Part shown: one piece after another, positions 45,564-59,243 of the stretch | Numbering within the stretch: position 1 is the stretch's first letter | How the letters are laid out: every line of letters starts with the position of its first letter | Origin: Octopus sinensis | Lineage: Eukaryota | Assembly (NCBI RefSeq): GCF_006345805.1 | Contig: NC_043007.1 | Span: 55,924,001 to 55,988,000, forward strand | DNA length: 64,000 nucleotides | Reading direction: 5' to 3' | Translations under genes and position numbers: made by a program | Notes under the pieces: model-generated | The model's database searches: none | What the model saw: the letters and a program-made list of their open reading frames with translations, nothing else | Told to the model about the DNA's origin: nothing

Positions 45564-45738
45564 ATATAATATGCGACAATTAGATGGTTGTCATAATAAA
45601 ACTCAGAGTTTCAGATGCTGAGGCTGAAGTTTGCTCCGGCATCTCAGTTAAATGATGAGATGCCAGAGCAGACTTAAGCCCCAGCATCTGAAAGTCTGAG
45701 TTTTATTATGACAAACAACTAATTGTCACATATTATAT
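45564..45738. repeat. 175-nt near-perfect inverted repeat (83-bp arms, 9-nt loop)
   Basis: Arms 45564-45646 and 45656-45738 with 8 mismatches counted by hand; loop gttaaatga. Confidence 0.9.
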
Positions 45739-45835
45739 ATATAGTGTGTGTGTAATGATATATATGTAATAATATATATATAATGATATATATATGTAAT
45801 AAAAAATATGTATATATATGTATATATATATAATG

Positions 45836-45908
<73 letters not shown>

Positions 45909-46052
45909 GATATATAGATTATTATGATAAAACATATCTTATAATAATACATATTTATATATATCATATATTAAATGATATATATATATATATAATATAT
46001 ATATAATATATATATAATGATATATTATATATATATATATATATATTAAATG

Positions 46053-46099
<47 letters not shown>

Positions 46100-46982
46100 T
46101 AAATGATATATATATATAATGATATATATGTATATATATATATCAATACATATATATATATATATATATACACATAATGATATATATAATGGATATATAT
46201 ACACACATATATATGCACACACACATACACACACATTCACACACACACACACTCACACACACACACATACACATATATATATATATAAATGTATGTGGGT
46301 TTTTTTCAGTGTTTACAAATAACATGGAAAAATAAAATAAATAGTTACCAGGGTCGCAAAAATTCACACAAGTACCAAGGATGTAACAGCCTCTTTTAAA
46401 AGGTAGAAACCCCAGGTTTATGTGAAATGTTTTTGAATAATATAGATAAATAAATAAATGGAGTTAAATGTAGGTGTTATTTAAATGTAAAGATTTAAAT
46501 AACACCTGCATGTGACTCCATTTATTTATTTATTTGTCTACACACACACACACTTATATATATATATATATATATATATATAGATATAGATATATATATA
46601 TATATTTGTAATTAAATAAATGCCCAGAGAACAGAAAGTTTTTTTATAGAACTTCATTGGCTTGCAGCTGTTTCTTATACAAGACAGACTGAGTACAATG
46701 TGTCGTATACCAGAAACAGCTGTAAGCTAATGAAACTTATTACATAATTTCCTATTAACTTCTCATTTATTTAACTTCATATTATGCTTTGTACTTGACT
46801 AATGAATAATGCTTATACATATATACACACACACACAAACACAAACATATATATATTCATTCTAACTCCAGGTTAGTGTAAGTATGCCTAAGCAAAATAT
46901 CAATACATGCATACATACCCTCTCTCTCTCTCTTTCAGAGAGGCACAAGCACCTACACGCACATATACACACATGGCAGTAA

Positions 46983-47129
46983 CTTCCGCCTGCCGAATTC
47001 AATCACAAAGCTTCAGTCGGCTCGGGGCTATAGCAGAAGACACCTACCCAAAGTGCCACGCTGTGGGACTGAACCCGAAACCATATAGCTAGGAAGCAAG
47101 CTCCCTAACCACGCAGCCATGCCCGCGCC
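46983..47129 (-). mobile_element. SINE family B 5' part
   Basis: Revcomp aggcgcgggcatggctgcgtggttagg...ctttgggtaggtgtcttctgctatagc. Confidence 0.8.
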
Positions 47130-48588
47130 TACATATATATATACACACACATACATGCACATATGATATATATGATATAATATAAAATAAAACATTATCA
47201 GGAAATTATATATAAATATACAATGTATGTATGCATATGTGAGCTAGATTAGATATATGTTTAAGTAAAGCCTGGCAATGTAAAAGTTTCTGCTTTATAA
47301 CTGTAACATAGTTGCACAATTGCTGAAGTTGACATACACAATAGACAGTATTATTGAAGAAAATTTATGCTGAAATTCAGTTATGATGAAGTAATAATTA
47401 GAAATAAAAGCCAACTGGAAATGATGCAAGTGGAATACTCGACATTTTCTATTTTACAAGTATGAAAGTGCAACACTCCACTCCAGACCAATCTGTCTAT
47501 TATAGTTCAACAGCAGTAAGTGTCCTGATTATTTCCATCTTTAGTTCTGGTCAAATATTTAAATTGCCTTTGGCTGTATTGCTTTATATTTGAGGGGCTA
47601 GCACTTGGGATGATATGTTGTTATAATCATTGCACATATAATTAATTTGGTTCCTTTCATTTCCAAGTTCAAATCCTGCCAGGGCAAAATTTGCCTTTTC
47701 ATATTTTGGGGTTAAGTGTAGCACTTAAATTAATACCAGTAAATTACTGGGTTTAATTCCATCGAATATACTCTTTTCTCCCTACCAACATACACAATTT
47801 TGGTCTCATTGCTTTGTCAAAATCAATCACTGTTAACAACTCCACCAAATAAATATATTTATATGTGAGACTGATCATATCCGACAACAATTTTCAAACA
47901 CAACAAACATCTGTGTCAACAAGGCAACTTTTGAAAGGGGGGAAAACATGAAACAAAACAAAACAAAATAAATGAATAAATACTTTTTTCATGAAAGATA
48001 AAGAAGTAACATCTTATATAAAACATATATATACATATACAATTCTTTCTTTTATTGGAAAAACAAAAGTAAAAATAAACAAAGAAAAAAAGAAAAAGAG
48101 CAAAGTTTTACTGAAAAATAACATCAAAGGGAAAACTTCTCCAATGTGTTTTTTTTACCTGATTATTCCAAACTGTCTCTTACTCCTGGTTACTCATTTG
48201 TTATGCATTTTTATGTTGTTTTATTGACATAAAAGTATAATTAAAAAAAAAATGATTAAAAAATATCACTTGGCAAGAGGTTTCGCAAAAAAAAATGAAA
48301 AGAAATCACATAGTTCCAATAGAAAAATTTTAAAAAATACTGGTAAAAGAATAAATAAGGAATGGACAATAAAAAAAAAATGGTGAAAATATGTATTGAA
48401 AGAGGATGTTTGATGTCAAGAATAAATGAAGAGGTCAATAATAAAATAAAATAAATAAAAAAGAGAAAATGCGAATATAAACCAACAGAAACAAATCAAG
48501 AAGATCTGTTTAGACTTTTAGTCATATTCTACATGTTTTTCTTAAGCTTAAAAATGTAAATCTGGAAATAAGAAAAAAAACTATATAT

Positions 48589-48625
<37 letters not shown>

Positions 48626-48709
48626 GAATATATATATATGAATATATATTGTATGGTGAAAAATATTTAATAAAATATTAGGAAATAATTTTAAATTTTT
48701 CTTCCGCTT

Positions 48710-48740
<31 letters not shown>

Positions 48741-48995
48741 TCATCATCATTAGCAGCAGCAGCAACACCACCCTCGTCATAATCTTTATCATCACGTGTG
48801 GCAGAAATTGAATTCTGTTCTTTTACATTCTGTGTTCAAATTGCATCAAGATCATTATTTTTATGTTGAAAGAAAGCATAAAATATATGTTGGGTCAACG
48901 CACACACACACGCGCATATATATATACATGTATATATTCTATACACTACTACTATAATAATAATAATAATTTGTATCATCGGTTCTCAAAAATTC

Positions 48996-49384
48996 GGTGA
49001 GCTGGCAGAATCGTTAGTATGCCGGGCGAAATACTTAGCGGTCTGCCGCTACGTTCTGAGTTCAAATTCCGCCGAGGTCGACTTTGTCTTTCATCCTTTC
49101 GGGGTCGATTAAATAGGTACCAGTTACGCACTGGGGTCGATATAATCGACTTAATCCGTTTGTCTGTTCTTGTTCTCTCTGTATTTAGCACCATGTGGGT
49201 AGTAAAGAAATAGGTATTTCGTCTGCCGCTACGTTCTGAGTTCAAATTTCGCCGAGGTTGACTTTGTCTTTCATCCTTTCGGGGTCGATAAATTATAAGT
49301 ACTAGTCAAGAACTGGGGTTGATGTAATCGACTATCCCCCTTACCACAAATTCGAGGCCTTGTGCCTATAATAGAAAGGATTAT
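48996..49384 (+). mobile_element. dimeric SINE family A (head-body-tail A | body-tail B)
   Basis: Junction aaagaaata|ggtatttcgtctg at 49212|49213. Confidence 0.9.
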
Positions 49385-50469
49385 AGATTCCCAAAGTGTA
49401 CATTCGTGCATACATAATGCTCTGAGAGTATGCCATATTTATACCATTATGAAATTAAATTTTCCTTAGAGTACTTGTTGAAAATTCTTAAAATACTTCG
49501 TGGAGAGCATGCTCCACGAAGTATTCTATCAGGAAAGGGGTGAGATAATTAAAATAGGCTCCCTTTTTCAGACGTTTATTAATGTATTTACACTTATACT
49601 TTTCACTTTAAAAATTTACAGGTTACAACAAAACATCACAACAACTAACGAGGAAAAACAACACAAAGTCAAAATTCACAACTCAACAAAAAGAAGAAAA
49701 GAATGAACCTTTTAAAGGAGCAATTAATGATGTAAAAATACTCTGAACGGTCTAACAGGTAGTTTTTAAGATAGCAATATGAGCAACAACAACAACAGTG
49801 GCGACATATGCACGTTAAATCGCTTATATAGTAATTGTGTTAAAGTTAATTGCCTTCATTTTTCAACAAACATAACAATTTTTTGACTTAAAAAGTTGCT
49901 GCAAACAGATAAGAAGTAGTTGAGAGAATTCTCTGAGACAAAAATGTGTTTCTTTGCCACAGTGAATACAAAATTATGCATTTATGCTTTAAAAACGATG
50001 GTATAGGGATGAATCTACCCTGAATCTATATTCAAAGAAATCCGCTCAACCGAAGAACTCAACCAAAATGTAGGCTGAAATTGTCAAACATACCTCTACC
50101 TATCCAGTGTTCTCCAGTACGTGGGGCAAAAATGCAAATGATTATAAGAGGCATCAGAAACCTTAGATTTGTGACTGGTTCTCATATCAGTATTGCAATA
50201 TGGGCAAGTGAAAAAAAATAATAAAAAACTCAAAACTATCGGAATGCGACTTGTGGTCAAGGGACGTCAAAATAGATTTATATGTCAAAATGATTCACAA
50301 AGACCACAGAGCTAGACTGAAACTGCACATACATTTCTATATTTAGCACATATGCTAGGACACAACAACCTCCTAAGCAGACCGAGTGCAGATATGACTA
50401 GCATATGGGAACCGGTATTAAGGAAGAATAGGAAAATATTAGATTTATATGCCCTAAAACTCGCTCCAT

Positions 50470-50620
50470 AATTGCCCACGGGCATATGGGGTAAGAGCGC
50501 GGGCTACTAACCCTAAGATTCCGAGTTCGATTCCAGACAGTGACCTTAATAAGAAGAAGAACATCGAAAAATACTTTAGGAATGAGAACCCAGGTTCAAA
50601 ATTTCCCCAAGAAATAATGT
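50470..50620 (+). mobile_element. tRNA-like SINE head (not a canonical tRNA)
   Basis: ggggtaagagcgcgggctactaaccc...gagttcgattcc (B-box GTTCGATTCC); no acceptor stem can be formed. Confidence 0.55.
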
Positions 50621-51893
50621 AATTGAATATGCCGAGAGAATGCGTTAAAGATTGACGATGCGGGGGAAACTGCTTAGTCGCAACATTTGTCGTAGTAGAA
50701 AGACCCTTTAAAGCCTTTTGCCCTGAAGAAACAGAAAGGCTAAGCAATGAAATGAAAGTAATGATAAGAATCGAGATAGCAACAAAAACAACAAACCACA
50801 GTTTCCAAACCGCCGTCAATCAAAAATCCAAAACGGCAGAGAAATCGCTTTATGCACAGTTCTGGAAACACGAGAACAGATACCAGTAACAACCAGTGGC
50901 ACTCCTATTTTGTTATGTGACGAGAAAGAAATTATGATTGCTGAGCAGAGTGAGTATACAACCTGTCGAAGAAAACACTGACGGAAAAGGTCTCAAGAAT
51001 AATAGGAAGACTTAACATGAAACAGCTAGCACGTGAAAGGAAGAACAACGTCCACAAAATTAATGCTCTACTGCAAAAGAATTAACATAGCAGATGAAAA
51101 AAATGGACAAAGAAGGGAGATTCAGTATACTTCAAACATCAAACAGACAGCTTGAAGGTAAAACTCACACATCTGTGGTGTCAAGTATTTTCTGGTGGAG
51201 TAAAAATAACACAGGCACCATGCAAAAAATAGATTGTTAGTAAAATCAAAATTAAGAAACTATTACGAGCTACAACAATCTTAGCTTGAAGGTATTGATG
51301 TCCAATCGCAGCCAACTCAAACAATACTAACCAGTGCTTTTGGGTACAAAAAACAACCGTAATAACAATGACTGGAAGGCAGAGATGTGGAGTCCTTGAT
51401 CTGATACTGTCTCTAATTTTTTGTCTATGACTTTTGTAGAAGTAAACATGGGTCCCGAGTTCTTCAGTGAAGTGATGTTCTCTAAAGAGAATGAAATGTT
51501 TTTACGTTTGTAAATGAAATTTAGAATCGACAATTAAAGTCAGAACCAACCATAGGGGTGGGGTGAGACTAATAGAAAGTAATGTTGGTAAATATACTGT
51601 CAAAAATATCATACAATATGCAGTAACTAAATTATCACTTGATGGCAGTCAGAGAAAATAGAGAAATATAAAAAAAAAACTGTCAGTGAAAATTGATATT
51701 TAGTGACAAGTTTAAAGAACAAGTTATTGATTTGTGTTGTGTTAGTCGAGAAACGAATTTGCTGATAGAATAAAAATAGAACTATAGGACTTGAATAAAT
51801 TATAAAATTAATTTTATCATTGAAATAGATTTTATCATTATTTTTGTTTTGAAGTATTCAATTTTAATTACATTTCTACTTGTTTTATTGTTG

Positions 51894-51947
<54 letters not shown>

Positions 51948-52489
51948 TAAGATATATTTTAGTTGATATATGTCATTAACATTAAAGCAATGTAATTATC
52001 TAAATGTTATAAAATTTCCTATCTGTCTCTTTGTTTCACTCTTTCATCATTGCAGTATAATGAATTTACATAACCAAACCTGCCAAAGATATATTTGTTG
52101 ACCCAGACACTATCCAATGTCCATCTTCTTCAATAGTTTATATGGCGTCTCAATTTCTAACTTATTCAGACCAATCTAGGCAACAAAATGAACACCGTTC
52201 AATCTCCCGTGATTCTGAAAAACACATGATCCTAACAAGTGGTTTACACTTCGTACAGATCTAAAGCACCTTTCGTCATCTGAATTCTTTTTTTTTATCT
52301 CAAAGATCAGCATATAGACAACGTCTGTAATGTAAGCCATTTGATTCACACCGGCACAACGAAAATTTACCATTATTCCTAAATTTTAATTATGAATTGA
52401 AAATTCTAACTCAGTTAAAATTAATCTGGCTTCGAGAAATGCATAGTCCTAACTATCTCGACCGACTGTCATGTTAGCATAGGTATATA

Positions 52490-52790
52490 TATATAGCGAT
52501 GTTATCTACTGCGTCTCCTGCTCTCTCTGACCTTCTCTATACATCGGGAAAACGGGACGTCGCTTGGCTGACCGGTTCGCGGAACACCTCCGAGTCCGAC
52601 TCGGCAATGACACCCCGGTTTCACGCAATTTCCGCTCTACCGGTCACTCTTTGCAACACCTGTCTGGGTTCGGATTGTCCTTGCACAGGGGCCATCCGGA
52701 CTCCCGTCTTCGCTGTGAACAGGGATTAATCTTCTCTCTTCGCTGCTTTGGGTCACATGGGCTCAACTCTCCTCTCCCTTCATCTAACCC
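52490..52790 (+). pseudogene. Penelope-like element GIY-YIG endonuclease fragment
   Basis: Across frameshifts: VIYCVSC...LYIGKTGRRLADRFAEHLR..GNDTPVSRNFRSTGHSLQHL...RLRCEQGLIFSL..FG.HGLN; followed by a pyrimidine-rich 3' region to ~53540. Confidence 0.85.
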
Positions 52791-53781
52791 TCCCCCTCTT
52801 TATCTAACCCTCCTCCCATCTCCTCTTTTCCTCTCACAGCTACTTCCTCCCACCCACCTCTAAGCTCTTGCTCTGACTCCTACTTCTCCTCTTCACTCCT
52901 ACCCTCATTCTCTCTTCTCTTCATTCCTACCAACCTTCTCCCATCCCCCTCTCTCTTCATCGTGTCACCCCTTCCTCGTAATCCCAACCCTACACAATCC
53001 AACCCCACCTTCCCTATCCATCCCATCCCTTACATCCACTCCCACATAACTCACCTCTACCCCTCAGCCTAACCCACACCCACCTTTGCTTTCCCCACTT
53101 TCGCCTCCTCCACATCCCAGCACCACCACATTACGCACCACCATACCACACAACACCACATCACACCACCACGCACGCACTAGCACCGATCACTTCCAGC
53201 ACCCACACCATCATCCACACACCTACACATGCACACGCGCACACGTCAAGGTCACCAGCCCTTTTCCACACGCTATTAATGCTCTCTTATACACATGCAC
53301 GTGCACCTTTTTCTGGGATCACCACTACTTTATTATCTCCCCTTCTTCCTAGCTCTCCTGTGTGACCCCTCTGTCCGGCATTTACCATGATAGATCGCTA
53401 GCCATTACACATTCGTTATTTTCTCTCCCTGTTTCTTTCTGTGTTCCTTTCTGTGGAGCGTCAAACTAATACATTATTTTAACTCATGTCTATTGTCCCG
53501 AAATTTATCGTCAAACATCTGGGTCCTCTTCAGGGACACTTTTCGTTTTCGTGTGTGTTCTTGCTCCACTTCATTCTGTTCTTCTAAGATGTGTATCCTT
53601 ATGTGTGCATGCGTTTGTATCCTTGTGTGTGTGTGTGTGTTTGTGTGTGTGTCATAGTTTTAGCAGCAGTGTGGCCTTCCCCTCAGCCTCATCCTCTCAC
53701 CCCATTGTGTTGCTGCTGTCCTCAGACCTGAAAATGCAGTACAGTTCCTGTATTCCTCTGTGTATGTGTGTTTGCCCGCAG

Positions 53782-53884
53782 TGTGGCCATCGTGGGAGTT
53801 GTTATTGCCATAGTTCTCACCGCCACTGCTGTTCTCGTTGTTAGTCGTGTTAACATTGTTGAGGTCGTCCCTGAAATTTCTTGG
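53782..53884 (+). CDS. candidate internal exon encoding one TM helix
   Basis: tgtgtttgcccgcAG| and |GTGAGT; phase 2 to 0; VAIVGVVIAIVLTATAVLVVSRVNIVEVVPEISW. No neighbouring exon confirmed; lies next to a Penelope relic. Confidence 0.3.
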
Positions 53885-54418
53885 GTGAGTGTGTGTGTGT
53901 GTGTGTGTGTATGGGTTCACTTTGTATGTTGCATGTATCCATGCCTTTTATATAGATTTATTTATTCTATCTCTATATCTTATATTTATCACAGGTGTCT
54001 AAGAAATATATTTATATATTTATTTATTTATCTGTTTATATATTTATTAATATCTAATATATCTGTATCTATTTCTCATAAGTATCACAGATAAGTGTAT
54101 ATATGTCTATTACCATGTATGCTTTTATCTATTATTTCTATGTATTATTCTCTCTTATCATCCCTTCTGTCTTTAGTCATGTGGTGTGGTGTGGTTGTGG
54201 GTGTCACTGTTCCATTCATGTTTTCTATTGAGAATCGGTCTGTCTACTGCTATGTGTGAAGCCTCTGTAATCTGTCTCAGTGTCGTGTCAATTCTGTGTC
54301 GATAATACTTTAACTTCTATGCTATTAATCGAGCCTCCATGTTCTGCATATGCATACATACATAGACACACGCACACGCACACACACACGTGATCACAAA
54401 TCCCAAACGTGATATTTA

Positions 54419-54600
54419 GACAAGTGTCTTCTACTATAGCCTCGAGCTGATCAAAGCCTTGTGAGTGGATTTCGTAGACGGAAACTGAAAGAAGCCCGTC
54501 TTACATATATATATATCTAAGAGTGTGTGTCTTTGTGTATGTGTTTGTCCCCCACCACCGCTTCACAACCGCTGTTGGTGTGTTTGTGTGTGTGTGAGTG
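54419..54600 (+). mobile_element. SINE family B, 5'-truncated
   Basis: caagtgtcttctactatagcctcgag...gtagacggaaactgaaagaagcccgtc. Confidence 0.8.
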
Positions 54601-54985
54601 TGTACACGCAAGCATATATTGACGCATGTTCTCACGTATACAGACATATACATAGATATACGCATATGCTTCGTACGATTTAGATTAGAGGGAATAAACT
54701 AGATGGTCGCCGCGACAGGTATTCCTTTGATGATGAGTATATAATATCTCAGTCCATTGTTGTTAATGATTAATCATTATAAAAAAATTCATTGAGATCA
54801 ACATATTCAGAATTCATTTGTACTGCTCTTAAGTGATGTGAGCTGAATATTTAACCAAGTTAAGTGCTCATATCATCAGTAAGTTTAGTCGAAATGGACA
54901 CAAAAGTAATGCTTTATATATTTGATGGGCTTGCAATATACATACATACATACATACATACATACATACATACATACATGCATGC

Positions 54986-55068
<83 letters not shown>

Positions 55069-55260
55069 TTATTTCATTCATACACGTAACTGCAAGCAAG
55101 CAAACATTAAGCAAAACATATAACCAAAAACGCAACCATGCATATATGCATATTGTATGAATACAGCATTCACAAAAATGGAGGGATATATAACTGTTGA
55201 GCTACATTTTATGTGCATATCTATGTACATACATACATACAAACAGACATACATATATAC

Positions 55261-55296
<36 letters not shown>

Positions 55297-55959
55297 ATAC
55301 TTACACAGTGGGACTGAACTCAGAACCATATGGTTGCGAAGCAACATACATACATACCTACACGCATACACACGCGCGCACATTTTGTCCGCATACCCCC
55401 ATCATCAGTACTTCATATATAGTGGATTCACAATATATACTAATACGGAAAGAGACACACACACTCAGACGCCTTACAAGCACACGGAGACATGCACATG
55501 AGTACACAGACAAATGTATACACATAATTTACACACATAATCGTCACCCTTTACAGTTACCTCCACAAACTAAACACACACATATTGCCATTTCATGAAT
55601 ATGCACACGCATAATCTATACAGTTTTCTCCCTTTTTTCTCTGTTACATATGAAAGCTTATTCCTTCTGCTAATTACATAGGCCATAAATGAGTTCTACT
55701 CCTTTTTGTAGAAATCTAAGTCTATTGGCTACTGGTGATAATGTTGGACAACTGTACTGACAGGAAACGGAACACTTTTCCATAACTGCCCTCTTACATC
55801 CAGGCAATATGAATGTCCTTTTGCTGAAAGATTTAGTATCGTTGGAGAATTCTTGGATCTTGATATTACCTTCCTTTCACATACGGCGCTGATTTTAATT
55901 GCCATTTGGGGATTAGGAAAAGTCCTGAAGACAATGATAATTCTAAGAAATCAAAAATT

Positions 55960-55982
55960 TATATATATACATATATATATAC

Positions 55983-56019
<37 letters not shown>

Positions 56020-56557
56020 GATATATATATATACATATATATATATACATATATATATATACATATATATATATACATATATATTATATACATATATATA
56101 TATATATACTATACATATATATATATATACATATACATATATGTACATATACATATATATACATATATATATATATACAATACATATATATACATATATA
56201 TATATACATATACATATATAGACATATATATATATACATATACATATATATAATATATATATATATAACATATACATATATATACATATATATATATATA
56301 CATATACATATATATATATATTATATACATATACATATATATACATATATATATATATACATATATATACATATAATATATACATATATATATATACATA
56401 TATATATATACATATATTATATATATATACACATATATATACACATATATATATACACATATATATATACACATATATATTACACATATATATATATATA
56501 CATATATATACATATATATATATACACATATATATATATATACACATATATATATAC

Positions 56558-56590
<33 letters not shown>

Positions 56591-56606
56591 ACACATATAT
56601 ATATAC

Positions 56607-56639
<33 letters not shown>

Positions 56640-56736
56640 CAACATATATATATATACTATATATATATATACATACATATATATACACATATATATATAC
56701 ATATATATACATATATAATACATATATATATATAAC

Positions 56737-56771
<35 letters not shown>

Positions 56772-56833
56772 CATATATATACATATATATATATATATAC
56801 ATATATACATATTATATATATATATATACATAC

Positions 56834-56869
<36 letters not shown>

Positions 56870-56870
56870 G
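55960..56870. repeat. ~900-bp (TA)n(CA) interrupted array
   Basis: Direct reading; source of the 283-aa and 240-aa spurious ORFs. Confidence 0.95.
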
Positions 56871-57089
56871 TCAACTACTGTTCGCCCTACCAAACACACT
56901 TACATACAGACGCACGCACTAACATATATTTTTTGTTTTTTTATCTCGCCTCACACACACATACACACACGCACACGCACACACTCACACATACATACAC
57001 ATCATTTTTTGTTACCAACCTTCCTGTCTCCACTCTTTTGGCTTTAAAAACCTACTTTGCCCTTGTTTTCCCAAACTTCCGGTCTTTCA

Positions 57090-57307
57090 GCATGTGTACT
57101 TCGTAAACACCAGTCGCGTTTTTTTCCCTCTTTCGGCCACATCGGGAACTTTCTTTCTTATTTCTTCCTTCTTTTATGTTTCCGACGAAGAGCTCCGCTC
57201 GAAACGTCATACCCTCCTTCTTCCATTTTCCTGAGCGCCTAATAATAATAATACTGTAATTGTTCCACGTGTTGTTGTTTTTTCTGTTTTCCCGTTTGGA
57301 TAAACCT
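57090..57307 (+). mobile_element. Penelope-type pseudo-LTR-like element, copy 3 (hammerhead core with U4C change)
   Basis: 57178-57212: GTTT-CCGACGA-A-GAGC-TCC-GCTC-GAAAC-GTC-ATAC. Confidence 0.7.
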
Positions 57308-57619
57308 ATATATATATATATATATTATTCAAAGAAGAATACAGTGTACGTTCAAACACAAAAGAGATACCCGAAGAATAGGATATCTGACTCGCTAGAA
57401 AGAGCAGTTAAAACTCCAAGCCACCAATTGTTGTAATTCCGAAAGTGATTGGAAAATAAAACTTTTACCTTAATCCTAGACCCTGCAAGGCTTCTGCAGA
57501 CTTAAATACAGACTGAAATAAAATAATCTCAGTCTGAGGCTATAGTAGAGGCCACTTGCTCAAGATACCACGCAGTGGGACTGAATTCGGATCTATGTGG
57601 TTGGGAAGCAAGCTACTTA

Positions 57620-57663
<44 letters not shown>

Positions 57664-58207
57664 AATATGTATACATACATATTTGGGATTTTGCTGGTAT
57701 AAATGAAAGTATTCCGCAATTTCTTGGTGAAAAAATTGCACGAATGATTTGGTTAGAAAAATCTCAATAAGAGATGAAAGAAGAAACTGTACTAAGAATA
57801 CGTACCAAGTTGAGTCAAATTTTCTTTTGTATTTCAAGTTTAATTAATCGTTCAATCAAGTTACATACCTTCTTTGACATTTCCTGGGACTTCCATATCA
57901 TTAATTCGCTTCATCGCTGCCATTGCACTCAGTCCTTTTTTAAACGGGTAGCGTAAAATGGATCTAATTGCTATTTTTTCACCAATCATTATCAAAGCTG
58001 TAAAATAAAGAATAAACAATTAATATTTATATGTCATATATGAAAATGAGGAAAAAGCAAGTCAACAACAATTGGAGAACAGGTTGTATGAAATTAATGA
58101 TATAACCTGGAGATACAAGTTGCCAAAAATCCAGTAGTGAAAAAAGACAAAAAAAAAAAAATAAGTGTGACTCGACTTGGTATATAATAATATAATATAA
58201 TGTATAA

Positions 58208-58400
58208 GGTGGCGAGTTTGCAGAATCGCTAGGACTCCGTGGAGAATGTTTTGCAGCATTTCGTCTTTTGAAAATAAAGACTTTAATTTTCCTTCTTTCG
58301 GATTCGATAAAGTAAGTACCTGTTAAATACTGGAGTTGATGTTATCGACTGTCCCCTTCCTCTAATATTTCAGGCCTTTTGCCTACAAGTAGAAGGAATC
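58208..58400 (+). mobile_element. old SINE family A copy retaining CpGs
   Basis: ggcgagtttgcagaatcgctagg head, ttcggattcgataaagtaagtacc core, gcctacaagtagaagga tail. Confidence 0.75.
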
Positions 58401-59197
58401 ATAAAGATAGTCGGGAAGCTTTTAGTCGCGGTGTCCAGTAGTAACTTGTAGTTTTATTGGAGCTCTCTTCTTGTGGTGGAGAGAACTATTTTAGCCGAAT
58501 GGTCGTCAGTTTCTTCCTGTTGAAAACCAGTTTGAAATTTGGACACAGTTGTATTACTAACTGTGCTTTCGTTATTGTTGTTGTTTAACTTCGATTCAGC
58601 TCCGATAAAGCAGACATTTTTAAAGACGTTCTTGACATGACCTTTCCTATTAGTTAAACAATAAATATGAGACAGCACTATCTTTCGTGTCCTTTTTTAA
58701 CACGGTAGTGTGTGTGTGTGTTATTTGAGGGAGAGTATGCTTCTATTTCTAGCAGATAACCCGATCACATTCATATTCTTCCACTGGTTCGTGAATATTC
58801 CTCGTTTAGGATACTTTTTTACATTGTTTATCGATAAGTCAGCAAAGGTAAAAGACGTTCCAGTTTTTGACCATTCCGTCTTTATTTCATAACTACAACT
58901 ACGGACTGTGTTTAATGTGCAGTGCTATTTCTCTGACTGAAGTGTATGACTTGATGAATTTGCATGGCATCCGTACTGGGTTGTAGTAAGATGTAATTTT
59001 GAAGACGGTTTTGGGTAGTAGCTGGACACAAATCCACAGAAGGTTAATTGCATCGATGAGGTAAGATTCACATAGATATTTTAATATACCGTCTATTCCC
59101 AGTTGCCGTAAGCACTTCCGAATAAATAAAAATATGAAACAATTACATCACAGAAGAGCCATTTTTGGTATGTTAATCATTTTAGCCAGTCAAATAT

Positions 59198-59243
<46 letters not shown>

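Noticed and set aside
50470-50550. Possible tRNA gene
   Set aside because: B-box present but no cloverleaf or acceptor stem; SINE head.
50700-51500. Possible decayed LINE ORF
   Set aside because: No motif could be recovered by manual translation.
53494-53538. Hammerhead-like string on the minus strand (CTGAAGA ... gggaca)
   Set aside because: GAAA box and stem II cannot be formed convincingly.
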